A DNA stretch of 61,558 bases, filler included, from Hausera hauseri (taxonomy: Eukaryota): assembly GCA_046269625.1 (NCBI GenBank). It is 9 parts of 9 records of this genome, joined end to end, with 100 filler letters (N's around TTAATTAATTAA, not from the genome) between each part and the next. Parts side by side here need not be neighbours in the genome. Positions count along the whole stretch, not along the records: positions 31,131 to 36,672 come from JBJURY010233407.1; positions 36,773 to 52,089 come from JBJURY010455467.1; 7 more parts are not named here. One strand, 5' to 3'. A program made the translations under genes and the position numbers. Positions 35,804 to 48,593 of the stretch are shown here, piece after piece. Below the pieces are notes generated by a model. That model saw only the letters and a program-made list of their open reading frames with translations. It was not told where the DNA came from and made no database searches. Position 1 is the stretch's first letter; each line of letters starts with the position of its first letter.

Positions 35804-36335
35804 GTATAGTGGTATTTTCTACGAAAATTGTATTGATTGCTCAATTATTCTTGATCAATAATTTCCCATTATGAGAAAATGTATGCTCAGGATATTGTTG
35901 GTTTAAGACCCAGCATTTCCGAAATATCTAAAGTAGGTGGAAAGCGATGAGCTTTTGTATGACGCCAATTTTGTACAATGAGTTTTACTTTGTTTGGCGT
36001 ACAATCGGTCGATGTTGTTTTACCATACTGAATTTTGTTGGAGATGTCAATCGGCTGACGATTGGATGAGTGGTATAAGAGCGAATTTTCGCTTGTGTGT
36101 TATATTTTGGCACGGTTCGTAAAATCGGGTTTCTCGGTGTTGGCATGTGTGTTAATGCTAGTATATTTTAGCACTTGTTCAGAAGCACTCATTGTGATTT
36201 TCTGATTGCAGTTGATTTTGCCTATACAACTGTCAGTGGCTGTTACGTGATCATACTTGCTGATACACGATTGTATGACCGGATTAATTTCGACGGCACT
36301 TGTGCGAATTTTAGCTGGACTGTTATGAACTGCTG

Positions 36336-36444
36336 TGTGGTGACGGCGTCGACCGTTTGCCCTCCGGCCCATACGGTTGGGTGCGGCCGGGCTTTCCACC
36401 GCCGGCGTGTCGGGCGCATAGGCGGATCCCGATTTTCCACCTTG
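36336..36444. repeat. Conserved GC-rich TGTGGTG terminus of the cargo-cassette family (element runs into gap at 36673)
   Basis: 96/109 identical to the reverse complement of 19387-19495; homology stops at CCTTG. Confidence 0.85.
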
Positions 36445-36672
36445 AAAATGTCAATTCTAAATACTTTTCGAAAGGACTAGTGACATTGTTGAATTAACGA
36501 ATTTGAGACCTCTACTGCAAGTTTCTCCGATTTTTCGATCTGATATTCATACCCACGAAATGGGTGTTCCCGATGATTCTATCACAGACATTTTCGAAAT
36601 CACTGAAATTTAGCAGACATTTTATTGGACACGATCTATTTTTCAGCGACATTCTCGACGTGTTAAATCAGA

Positions 36673-36772
36673 NNNNNNNNNNNNNNNNNNNNNNNNNNNN
36701 NNNNNNNNNNNNNNNNTTAATTAATTAANNNNNNNNNNNNNNNNNNNNNNNNNNNNNNNNNNNNNNNNNNNN
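36673..36772. other. Artificial contig linker
   Basis: N44-TTAATTAATTAA-N44. Confidence 0.98.
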
Positions 36773-38767
36773 TTTCTTGATACGAACTTCGATATTTTCA
36801 TACTGTTTAGGCTCGGTAGGTGCAACTCGAATTATCTCCATCAGAGGTGCAATGTCTACTGAGTCCACACCCAACATTTCTAAATCATTTTCATTTCGTA
36901 AATTGAATGGTTTTTCCATCAGATGAATAACCGTAGCATGCTTAATTCCGTTCATCAGTCTTTCCTAATTACGTTTTACTCGCTTCAATTTTAGATTTGT
37001 TTCTCGTGCAGCTATTAATTCTTGATCTTTACTATTTTATCTTCGATTGTATTTTCAGTTTTAGTCTATAATTATGGAACATTAATTTAACTTCTTATCC
37101 ATAAAATTTATTCATTTTTCCATTTTTCCAACAAGTCCTGAGGTATTTCTTTAGGTTCATCTAAATTGAATGGTTCGTCTAATTTTTCTTCATTGTAAGA
37201 CATTATTTCTTATACATTCTTTCTGCGAGTTGTTGTTCTTTGCCAGAAATATCTACTCGTTCCGTTATCCTTTTAAGTTTTTATCCTCTGATTTCCCTCT
37301 ATTTTCATTGTTTGTGTCACCTTGACTTTTTATAAATCGTTGTAAATCATGTATTTCAATAACCATACTTGTATCACCACGAATACCGTAGGTTGCATCT
37401 AAATTCTCATTGGTTTTAATTAGACTATTTTTGCTAGGTTCATCAAACGAAATACTTCGAGGAATTGGGCATGATCTTACTATATGTCTTTCCTGACCGC
37501 ATGTATAGCAGATTAAATTGTCATTTCTGCCGACTCTTTGGCGATCATCTTAATTTATAGGTGACTTCGACCTACTCATAACTCTGTTATTACTTTGACT
37601 TAGCCAACCTTGAATATTATCCCCATTATACAACTGTCGTTATTTCGGTTATCATTATATCCATTTCCATTATCAGGGCCTCAACTATTTTGGTTACTAT
37701 CTGCATTATAGTTTGACTTATCAATCGAATTATTCGCACTTCGATTATTACTGTAATTTCTATTATCATACAGGTTGCTTCGATTATTGTTATTACCGTT
37801 CTGGTTTCTATTATCATAACTTCTATTACTGTTATTAAATCGTCTATTGTGTTGGTTATGTTTATCATTTCTGTTTCTATCGTTGCAGTCATTTTCATTA
37901 TTATTTGTATCATTTCTGTCATTTTGTTTCGTATATCTGATTAATGCCATTTGTAATCTTGAGCTAATTGCAAGGTTTTGTCTAAATTTTCTGGTCGGCT
38001 AAAATCAACTGTTTTATCAAATCTCTAGACCAAATACCATTAATTAGTTGAGTCGCCATCACGACGTGTAAATCCAGATAAATTGCCTTTTCTGCGGCAT
38101 TATGTTTTGCATCAATTTTTGCTTTAGTTACATTAGTTTTCCTTAGAGTACTTACATAACTATTCACAAATTTCTTTAATGCAAATGAAAATTAAGTTAC
38201 CCCTGAGTTCAAACTTCTGTTGCGTTCTATTCTGAAAAGCCACAACTTTTTGTTGCGGAGTCTCCTTCGGTAATAATTTTTGATTTAAAGCTCCTACCAG
38301 GAAGGATCAAGGTTTCTTTTCACCATCAGTGAGTTCACTATTGGCGTCAGCAGCCAGTTCTGCTTATTTAACTTACTGGTTTTATTTCTCTTATCATGAA
38401 TTTTAAGTTCTATAGGTTGCGCAGCAACAGTTAAGTCTATATCGGTCAATTTATTTCTGGTTAAATTTGTTTCAGACAATGAGCGTCTGTTGAATACTTT
38501 GTCTTCTCTATAAACCTTATTGCGCGCCTCGCATAAATTTAGATTTTCTTTACCGTTAGGAATTAAATTCAGTTTGTCGTATGACGTCTGTCTATCAATA
38601 TTAGTTACCTATTCGATTTATTATCGTTACTAGATTCTGATTTTCTGATATCCCAGATTTTAAATTCGTCAGTAAATCTTACGATTACTTAGTTGATGTG
38701 GTTGGTCGGCAGCACTGAGACGTGTTAGTTTAGCTCTCAAAAGTTTAGCTAGGTGCAAACTGTCTTG

Positions 38768-38779
38768 CTGGGGTCGCCA
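38768..38779 (-). promoter_or_regulatory. Primer binding site TGGCGACCCCAG (tRNA-Arg type)
   Basis: 2 nt after the LTR end (...CATAACA-TT-TGGCGACCCCAGCAAGACAG); near-identical junction at 53097. Confidence 0.8.
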
Positions 38780-38781
38780 AA

Positions 38782-39066
38782 TGTTATGTTTCGGTGGGCC
38801 CTAAACAACACCCAAACTATGACAGTAGACTTAAAATATAAATTAAAAAACGTGCCGGAAATATCCGGCGTTCTCGCTCAGATGAATGTGTCTAGATAGT
38901 TTTAAGTGCAGATATTGCATGCGCTTCTGTGTGAGAAATTATCAAATTCGCGACTTAACTATATATACTACACTGGATTTATCCTTAATGTTCTCGAATA
39001 TTCCTTAAGGGGTGATGGGAACTACAAACGAGATTTTACAAATAAGACTAATTTATTTAAATAACA
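38782..39066 (-). repeat. 5' LTR of family A (285 bp, TGTTAT...ATAACA)
   Basis: 6-bp inverted termini, adjacent PBS, and colinear blocks (CCTTAAG, TAAGGAT, TAAGTCG, CGAGAACG) shared with 52814-53094. Confidence 0.75.
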
Positions 39067-40396
39067 AATTCAAAATACCAATCGACGTACAGCGTCGTTA
39101 CTAGCTTGGACAACTAAGGTATGAATTCTTTTTACTAGGACAGCAACCTTCGAATCTACAACGTTGAACTAATGCACTTGACATAGTTTTCAACATTCTC
39201 TTCATTTGAATTTGACTTCATCACAATTTGCTTCTCTCCAATGTTGTAATCACAAAACAATTCAATTCTCTCAACTTTTAGGTTTGCTTACATAGACGCA
39301 GCGATGAGTGAGCATTTATCACTGATTACTTTTCAATAATTATGAGAGTTTTTCGCCATTTATCAGATTTGCTGATATTTAAAATTGGTTGATGGAGAAT
39401 AATCTCATTTAAATTTTGCTAATCGTTTTAAGGAAATCGACTGTGGACGTTTTAATTTTTCTAAATTACAGTTAGTTCATATATTATATACAATTATGTA
39501 CATTTATAACCCCCTAGTGGGTCTTTTCACAACATCACAATTTCTCTGCTTGTTTGTGTGAAATTGAAGAAGTACAAAATGGTGTAACATCCGGAGGCCT
39601 ATATTGCATAATCTTAGCTTTGTTTGCAAATTTGTAAAACCCCAAATTGCAGTAAGGTGCTGGTCCTTGTAAGAAACCTTATATTTAAAGCATTCCAATT
39701 GTAGTGAATAAATGACATCAGGCAAAGCATATTCAAGCAATGTTGTGAAGGTTTGTTGCAGAAATGGTGTGTTAGGGGAATAATCAGGGGACCTTTTAAG
39801 ATTATGAATTAATATCAATGAAAAATGTTGATTCCAAGGAGAATAAAGAAAAACGACACTCTCATAGAATGTTCAATCCCCACCAATTCCTTTGGGAGAG
39901 ACTCTTACGTAAATGATTAGTTAATGGGGAGAACAAATATCTTTAACTTGGTTATTCTATGTGAGTGGGTTTACAGAGATGTGATACGATGACCTACTTA
40001 ACTATTAGCAGTTAATATGTAGAGGTCACGTCTTTACTCCTAATTACTCACTACTGTTTACTCTCTTATAATTTACTTAGCATTATACCGGCAGTCGTCA
40101 TGTAACGTTAGACCTGGTCGACCAAATACCAAAATTATTCAGGTATTACTTAGTTAATTATCTTAGTTAAACAATCATTTACTCGTAAGATAATTAATAT
40201 AATTTGCAAAAAATGACGATGACAACTCAAGAAATACACTTACGAGTCGACATAATACAAATCGTTTCACAAAAATCGTTTTTCACTAAAACTTGTTCTA
40301 ATTACATGCGGTATATATAGTGCTCAAACAGCCGCCATTAAATCATAAAAATGGCCGGATTTGGTAAAAAGAAAATGATACAAAAATAAACTTTAA

Positions 40397-40555
40397 TCAG
40401 ATCAAAAAGTTAATTGTTTTTGTTTTTCAATTCGGGAAGTCATTTTTATTTCGAATCAAAAAGGTAATTATATTTTTTTATATCAGATCAAAAAGTTAAT
40501 TGTCATTTTATTTGTCGAAGGAGCATTTCTCGTATCAGATCAGAAAGTTAATTCA
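40397..40555. repeat. Four spaced copies of ATCAGATCAAAA(A)GTTAATT
   Basis: Copies near 40397, 40451 (diverged), 40482, 40534. Confidence 0.65.
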
Positions 40556-40849
40556 ATTCATTCATCAAAATTTCATCAAGAAGTCATAATTGACACTGTC
40601 AAATTAAAATTTGTTAAGTTTAGTAAAAGAAGGCTGATCTAAAATAAATTGTTGTCCAACGATTATAGCACAACCACGTTTGAGGAGTAAAAAGTCCATG
40701 TAATTTTAAAACACTAAGAAATGTAAAGAGAAACTTTATTTCCTTATTTTGAAATATTATTCCGATTTCCTCAATCTACCATTGCTATTTCCTTATATTT
40801 TCTTTGTCGTAGACTAATGTATTCTGGATTGTTTCCTATGCCGCTTATT

Positions 40850-41680
40850 TCAGTATCTTCTTTTTAAATCATTTCTGTAATTAACTCTGCTATAGTTGTC
40901 TTTGGTATCATCATATCTTTGTCTATAGTATCTTCTTTCATAATCTTGTCTGTCATCACTTGTCGGGTCATGGTCTTTCCAGCATAGATTTCGGCTGTAA
41001 TTACATTGACCATCAGGACATATACTGTCGCAGTCTCTCAAGTAGTAAAATCTTCTTTCGTATTCTCTCCTGATGTCATTTCTGCTGCAAGAGAATTTAT
41101 TTCCATTATATCGAATGTCATTGTCTCTCCTATCATAATATATACGGTCATTATTTTTGCTGACATATGCTTTGCTATATGAATGGTTTCGACCTGTATG
41201 GTTTATGTGTACATAATAGTCTCCGTGTCTATTATGGTTGCTATCATGATCTCTATGGTCATGGTATCTACTGTTGTTGTTTCTTTGGCCATTATATCTG
41301 CTTCCTTGATCTCTGTAGTTCTCAAGTTTTCCTTCAAAGTCACTTCCGTGACCATTGTAGTCTCTGTTCTTATCAATTTCGTTGACATCCGAATTGCTTT
41401 CGAAAAATCTCTTGTCATTATCTGTACTTTTGTTTTGACTTGTTTCTTCGCCATTTTGATTTTTGTTATTCAGACTATTACACTTGTCACAGACACCGTC
41501 ACTCTTTGTAAAATCGTTTTTGCTTTCGTAATAGATTTTATAATAGTCAATATCTTCATTGTTATGTTTTTGTGCTTTGGAAACATCCGTATTAAACTTG
41601 TCTTGAATAAATGGTGCCGTGGGTGTTACTATAACATCGTAGCCTTTTCTCAAATCTTTTGCACTGTGAGGACTTTTCAT
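40850..41680 (-). CDS. Hypothetical Arg/Asp/Tyr/Asn-rich low-complexity protein
   Basis: 276-aa open frame in very AT-rich DNA; repeated RREYERR/RQDYERR; no family recognised. Confidence 0.4.
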   Translation of the reverse strand: MKSPHSAKDLRKGYDVIVTPTAPFIQDKFNTDVSKAQKHNNEDIDYYKIYYESKNDFTKSDGVCDKCNSLNNKNQNGEETSQNKSTDNDKRFFESNSDVNEIDKNRDYNGHGSDFEGKLENYRDQGSRYNGQRNNNSRYHDHRDHDSNHNRHGDYYVHINHTGRNHSYSKAYVSKNNDRIYYDRRDNDIRYNGNKFSCSRNDIRREYERRFYYLRDCDSICPDGQCNYSRNLCWKDHDPTSDDRQDYERRYYRQRYDDTKDNYSRVNYRNDLKRRY

Positions 41681-43738
41681 TTTAAATTTAATAACTATTC
41701 AACTTGTATTATAAATACGCAGTATAGAAACAAAAATTTTCTAACTATAATGTGTTGTGCAGTAGGTTAAAGTTAACATAGAATTGAAAAATTATGTGGT
41801 GTTGCATCTTTTAGTCTGAGAAATCTTGCAAAATGTTACAAGCAAACAACAACAAGTACCGATAATACAAAAAGTATTGTCCAGAACTCAGTATTTTCTA
41901 AATGATGGTAAAAATAATTTACATATTTAAATTCAGTTTAAAAAGTCATTTTACTAAACACATTTTCATCAAAACCTATGATTTGTATTTGCAGTACTGA
42001 AGCCATACACAAAATGTTTATAACATTTGTTGGAAATTTTATTCATCAACATTTTTGGTATCTCAGTGAGTTAAATTAAGTAATCAGGGCTCCTCTTTAT
42101 TTCCTACCAAATTTAATTTACTTTTTACAGCATTTAATCTGGATGAGCTTTGGCTTTTAGATGTTGCTCTTGTGCAACATTTTTATTCAATATATTATTA
42201 TTAATCAACATTAGATTTTTCATCTCGTTTCGGTTTTGAATCACTGTGAGTTCGGACGGTGGTTTGCCAACATTTTCGTTAGCCGGTACTTGTTCATGTG
42301 TCGAAAATTTTATTTGAAATATCACAAAAATTTTAATAAGAGAATTAAATATAACGGGATTTTAGTTTATTAATACTTCAATGAAAGGTATCAAATTGAT
42401 TTTCATCAAAAGGAGAATACTGTTTCGTAGTAGGAGATTGTATTGATAATTTCTGTCGCATTAAAAAATTTTGAGAACCGAATTATCGTGTCGTAGTCGG
42501 AGTTGATAAAGTTTGTGTTGTAGAATTATTATTATTGCTTTCGTCGGAATGGAAAATATTTCCATATAGAAAAATTGTCTGAAATATAGTATCTGGTCAT
42601 AGTAAGTATTGTTGAAATGGGAAAATTGAATTGAAGAATAACGAAATTGTTTTGAAAATTTGCGCTTAACGCTTGTCGAAAGTAGGAAATCGAATTGTAT
42701 GAGAGTAAAATTTAGAAGATTGTGTATAGTTTTCCTTTGATGGCGGTTAATATACCGGCTGGTGTGTATTTTGCCATTGGATGGCATTTTTTGAAATCAA
42801 ACAGATGCCGCATATGAGTCATTATGAAATCATTATGAAAAATTATGTATGCGTAGTCACACGACACCCGAAATTGTATGACTCATGAGTTACCATGATT
42901 TTAAACGTGATAATCTGACTCAAATGAGTTATCAAAATTTTAAATTAATTAAAAAATTTTAAAAATAATGAGTGAAAAAATTTTAGCATAGAATTTTGAT
43001 TTTAATTTTAATTTTATTTATGTAATTTTACACATTTGCTATTTCAGCTTGGACAGGGAGCAAGTCCCGCTATTTCGTGACAAAATGTGCCAGTTGAAAA
43101 AGCTCTTCAAAACTTAATTTTGGTGGAATACTTGAATATTGCACTCTATATTTCAATATACTAGTATTCACAATTTTTGATATATCTACTATTATTCAAA
43201 TAATTAATTATTTAGTTATTTTGCAGCCTCTGAGTAACAAATTATGTACATTACACAGAAATGGAGGAGATATCCATCAGGGAGTTTAACATATTAAAAA
43301 CAGGATGACATTTATATATACAAGGCATTTATTATTTATAGAGCAATATAAAATAGTCATTGTCAAATATGTCTGCACTGTGAATGTGATCACAAATTAT
43401 TGTTATTAAATGGTCAATATTATTAAATGATCAAATGTTCATTATCGGCAAGTTCGTATGTTTTAAAGTTCGGACGATATTGTGGTTTTTACATTCGGAT
43501 CGATTAGATTTTGCATTTGAATTTTTGTATCGTATTTTTCGAGTTAAAATGGTAAATTGATTTGGTTATTCTGGTTGATTTTGGTAAATGGAATTTGATA
43601 TTTGATTTTCGGGTTCACCTGATTAAGAAATCATAACACATTTAAGAGGAAATAATAATAGTGAAAATGGCCGATACCCTCATTTAATAACTATAAAATT
43701 TGTTTAATAAAATATAAACCATTCTAAAGCATTATCAA

Positions 43739-44155
43739 ATGAATCGTTTAATCAACATCTTCAGAAACGCTAATCACCTCCTTCTCAGTCACCCATTGCC
43801 TGACGATAATATTGTCGATCAGAATACCGTGGACATTAACAATAATGTTCTCCCCAACATTGCTGATGGAAATAACAATTCCCTTGAAGTAATTGGAGAG
43901 AATCAGTTGAATTTGAATAATGAAGGAGACAATTCAAATAATGTCAATAGTACAAACAATTTTATTAATCTTGAGGCAAGTGATAATCAGAGAGATGGAA
44001 ATAACAACTTTATTGATTTCAATGATACCGATGAGGAAATTTATTCGGAGGGCAATGGTTTCGATTATAACAGCTATGTGGAATATGAGGATTATGAGAG
44101 TGATGAATCCACAAACGATTCGTTTCCTGATGAATCTTCTAATGATAAGTACTGA
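43739..44155 (+). CDS. Hypothetical Asn/Asp-rich acidic protein
   Basis: 138-aa ORF, AAAATG start context, AATAAA at ~44223. Confidence 0.35.
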   Translation: MNRLINIFRNANHLLLSHPLPDDNIVDQNTVDINNNVLPNIADGNNNSLEVIGENQLNLNNEGDNSNNVNSTNNFINLEASDNQRDGNNNFIDFNDTDEEIYSEGNGFDYNSYVEYEDYESDESTNDSFPDESSNDKY

Positions 44156-46614
44156 AAAGTGAAAACATACGAAATGATGTGAATATGAAAAAAGTTCTAA
44201 AAATGATTCAATTTATTCATTTAATAAATTTTTATTTGTAATACTGATTTTTCATGGAGATTGAGATAAATTTTCATTGTTTGTTAATACCGATGCAATT
44301 TTGTTTTTGATTAGCATGTATGCATTTGATGTTGTCGCGGTGGTGGATCTAGATTTGTGCACTTAACTCCTCACGCTTATCGAATGTGGATTTTGTCAAT
44401 TTTATCAACTACTACTGCACTTCCGTCATTTTCTTTTTCAGTATCGTATTCTGCTCCAGTGCATATTCCTGTATACATGTCTGATTGTCCGACTGCTACT
44501 TTAAAAGATCTAATTCTTTTTCCTTGTTGCATCTCGAGCTTTATGCTATCCCATGCTAGTCTACTAGTTTGTCTTGTTTACAGTGTTGTCTTTCCAAATT
44601 CATTGGAATCGATGGAGTTGTCGGTTTTATTTTCGATAAATGCCCATGCATCTGTCCACAATGGAAAACACTACAAGATCTACGTAACACACATTCTACC
44701 CGTCTAACGATATTAACTCCCGCTGTTGATAGTGCATAAATTTTTCCTTGGTTTCTAATTTGTGCGGTCTAGCGTCTTTGCACATTTGTAAATCCCTCAA
44801 TGAGTACTTTTGGCCAAGTTTGAATTTATCACAGTCGTATACTGTCACAGCTCCCTTTTGTTTTACGAACTCCATCAATGTTAGGAAATTAATTGGCCAA
44901 TTTGAGTCATTTCCTCAATTATTGCCCTTTGATGTCAGATTCCTTACTACGTCTTCGATTCTGCTAACATTAATACTACAGGATGGTCTAGACTGGCAAT
45001 CGTCTTCTTTTCCAAACAATTTAGGTCAATTTATTTCACGGGGCAGCTTCCTGACTGCTTTCTTGGCCAAGTTGGTGGCTTTATTAAGTTTGTTTTCCCA
45101 CATTGGGTTCGTTTTAATAACCAAGTATGGCAGTTCTTTTCTTAATTCTTTTATTGTATTTTCTACCATGATTTCTCAATCATCATTTCGTCGGTCAGAG
45201 TACATTGTAGCATCTTGTACACCCATGACTCGTCCTACACATTGCTGTCTTCTGACTTTATGTGTAGCTTCTTCTTTTATGTCCTAATTGGCGATCGTAA
45301 CTACTACATGATTTGTTTCGTTTGGGATAATTCCAACATCTATTAAGGATTCTAATTCATCTAATATTCTTCCTCTGAAATATAGTGGATAATTTACGTC
45401 GCTTTTAGCCGTAGTTTTACGTCTCTAACGCATGAGGCCGCTGTGCACTCACATTCCTCTTTATCCATCCATTCAGACCACACTTTTACTTTAATCGTCA
45501 CATCGGGTTTATCCCTTAAGATTTTAGCACATTTTCTTCATAAGAATTTCGGCACAACACTAAAAGTCGTGTTTTCGCTAGATGACTAAGTTAAAGTAAG
45601 GATAAGTTGTCATAGTCTATTTTCAGTGGTATTTACATTAAGTAGCTCAATTAAATCTCAGTTAGCGCTGGATACAAAACCACTGAATTTCCGATTCTGT
45701 GAGTACATTCTCATTTCGTGAAGATATACTGGTGTTTTCGGATTTTCTTCCATTATTGCATCCATATATGCATCCCATTCTGGATCGTTCTCATTTGCTG
45801 GAGGTCCGTAGTCAATAACTGAAGTATATAGTTGCCGTATTAGATGTGAATTTTCTCGTATCATACCAAGTCTCCTTTGTATCTCAGTTATCCGTACTGT
45901 TTGAAGCCCGATTCCATAATAGTAGATATGTTGTAGGATAATCAATAATTGGCACATTTCGTCTGCTTGACTAAATCCTTTTCCTTGATAAGTAGTCCAT
46001 TCTGATGTTAATTCGTGTTTCTATCTTGACGCAAATTTTGATTTATTGGCCATTTCTAATTCCGTAAACTCGTACTTTTTCCTATAGGTTTTGATTTCTC
46101 TAGTTACCTTTTCCATTTCAGTTTTCCTTTGGTTAGTACGAATACGGGTTTTCTGGGTATGAAGTATCTGGCTTTGCAATCGCCTCATTTTCTGATCACT
46201 GATTTCGGTTATTTCGTCTAATAACAATGTTAATTTGTCCACTTCCTTTAACGTTTTAGATTCCGAATCGATTTATTCAATTAGTTTTATACCAAAATTA
46301 GATTCCTCAATGATAAACTCGTGATCGATCATTGTTTCTATTACGTCAGTGTGCCATTTCTGATCTGATCCTGGTATCTAATTTGAAGGATTGTGCAGAA
46401 ATTTTAACGCACCTTCTATAGAATTTTTGTAATCGGAACAGGTATCTAATACTTTTAGTTCTTGTGATGTAATTTCACTTAGGGGTTTAGTTTTCAGATA
46501 CTGGATTCCTTCTAAACGAATATTTCTAGTTTTCTTCAATCATTTTGTAAACTTCACTCAGCAACGATATTTCTTCGTTTCTGTTCATAAATTTCAGTTG
46601 TCGTAATTAATTCG

Positions 46615-48388
46615 TGTAGATTAGATGGGTTTTCGTTCCAGATTTATCGGATTACATAAACAATGTCAAATTCTTCTGATCTGTATTAAATTGTACACAC
46701 CTCATGGTGCCATGCTCGACTATAGCAGGTCGAGTTCAATAACACCATAATACAAATTTGGCATCGACTAGGAATTTCGTATATTTTATTTCTGAAATCT
46801 GAGATAAATCCTGCATGTTTGTGTACGAATTTCTCACAAGGAATAACCTCCAACAAACCTTTAGCTAAACTTGTTTGAACTTTACCGGTGCATAAAATTA
46901 TCTTCCTATCGCTTGGAATCGTTAGCAATTTAATAGTTTTGACAGTTTTTTCAGGTATTCCTCACTAAAAAACGATGGATCAACAATGACAATGCCAAAT
47001 TGATTGATTAAATTTTCTGGAACTTCCGTTGGAAATTTGTAATCATATTTATCAAACATATATTTGTTAAATCGATTGTCACGTTCAAGTAAAATCGAAT
47101 AGATGCTTTTCTTCTATAATTTCAAATGCAGAACGAGACACCTCACAAACCACTTTCGATATTTCAGTTTTATTGACATTACTGCATTTACCAATTTTTC
47201 CGTTATTTCATCATCATACCGAAATTGTGATAATTGCCGATTTCCTTTATCTGTTTAGCACCGGAATTGTCATGTACCTCTGTCCTGTGATTTTCGGATA
47301 AACTCTGTTAGAGCTTTCAAAGTTTCTGGAGTTAAATACAAATCATCGTCATAAAAAATCATTCTGAAATTTTCAAGTCAAAAGTTTAATTTAGATTAAA
47401 CGTGTTTATTAATTTAAACATGTAGATAATTTAAATTTTTTTCGTTACATTCAAACGAAACGTCCATTTCTTTTGAGCAAATAAACGCGAAAAAAGAAAG
47501 AGAGCAAATCGACTATATAGCGAACTCCGTACTTGTCCACTATTGCACTAACCATGATAAAAATAAATATAAAAAATCACGGCAACGTTTCGTGGGTAAT
47601 AAATTTTTTAACAAATGTATAATTAACGATTTATACTGTATAGCTTTTATGGACAAAAATGTTTTTAAAGTCAATCGTTGAAACAATGGCATTCAATGCA
47701 GTATTTTATCAACAGTACCGATTAGATCTTTAATCCATTAAATGCATCTGTGGAGATTGTCAAATTGACATTGTTCGACAGATAGAGAGATTCGAGTTTA
47801 CTCAACAACGAATACGTTTTGGATTCGGTAAATTTCACTTTGCAATGACGAATTAAGAGTTGTTTTATTCAAATATACGACGGAACAAATTGGGTAAAAT
47901 TATCTGAAGATAACGAGGAAATATAAAAATTTTGATTGGTAGCTGAGTTTTTCGACGGTTGATGAGATTTTGTCGGGGAGATTGTTTCTTCCTGGACTAA
48001 TACAGACTAAAGTTTCTTTAAGACACGTCTGAAAAAAATGGGACAAATAATATCTGGATATGAATTGGTATTGAATACATTGTTAAGTATGACTATGACT
48101 GCTTTGATAATATTCATTTTTATATCGATTCAAACGTTATTTAAGCCACTGAATTTACTCGGAACTTTGTGATAAAAGAACTCTGCCGTCTCTGAAAACA
48201 ACTTCGGGTGATGGAAATAGATTCTCATGCCATTCACATAATTTTATTCTTGTGGGGTGATCAGTTGTCTGCCAATTGAGCAAAGACGAAAAAGGCGAGG
48301 GCTGAGGAGGAAAACATACCGGTCTAGCGGTGGGGAGAGCCACGTTTAACACCGAAATGGCGTCGACACCTCCAACCACGGCACCACA
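46615..48388. mobile_element. 1774-bp TGT...ACA cassette with 5-bp TSD ATTCG carrying an EEF1AKMT1-like gene
   Basis: ATTCG(46610-14)|TGTAGA ... GGCACCACA|ATTCG(48389-93); family A accessory-region sequence lies on both sides. Confidence 0.88.
46780..47362 (-). pseudogene. EEF1AKMT1: EEF1A lysine methyltransferase 1 (N6AMT2)-like, disrupted
   Basis: Manual translation gives MIFYDDDLYLTPETLKALTEF, LSQFRYDDEIT, LLERDNRF, YDYKFPTEVPENL, FGIVIVDPSFFSEEYLKK, KIILCTG in order, matching N6AMT2 motifs LS..ALAAL.EF, LSQFWY, EYD.RF, YDYN.P, FDIVIADPPYLSEECL, KILLCTG. Confidence 0.8.
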
Positions 48389-48593
48389 ATTCGCGTGTGA
48401 TAGAATATCTGTTTCTTCTCTCATAGTGTCCAAATCCCGCATGATTTCATTCATTTCTTGTTTCAGTATCGGTTTGACATTTGGATATTCCTCTATACGA
48501 TTAATTATTATTCGGGTTAATTCAATCAACAATTCGGACCATTCTTTTAATTGGTTAGCAATTATCAGTTTGGCCACCTTTGTTTTATCCAGC

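Larger units (their letters stand above)
36773..39066 (-). mobile_element. Family A copy 2: 5' LTR, PBS, internally deleted gag and start of accessory region
   Basis: LSETNLT..DI, QLINGIWSRDLIKQLILA, N/R-rich tract, CYTCGQE.HIVRSCP, EPKQYENIEVRIKK shared with copies 1, 3 and 4. Confidence 0.85.

Noticed and set aside
37626-37922. Ile/Thr/Met-rich ORFs (also 41183..41770, 43920..44162, 54171..54464, 57981..58505)
   Set aside because: Alternative-frame or antisense shadows of Asn/Arg-rich low-complexity coding tracts
39120-39960. Possible Tc1/mariner transposase C-terminal remnant (RSPDYSP)
   Set aside because: Single short motif; no DD(D/E) triad or TIR could be traced
48155-48577. 140-aa ORF MAKLIIANQ... 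as a gene
   Set aside because: Chimera of family A accessory sequence reading through the cassette junction at 48388
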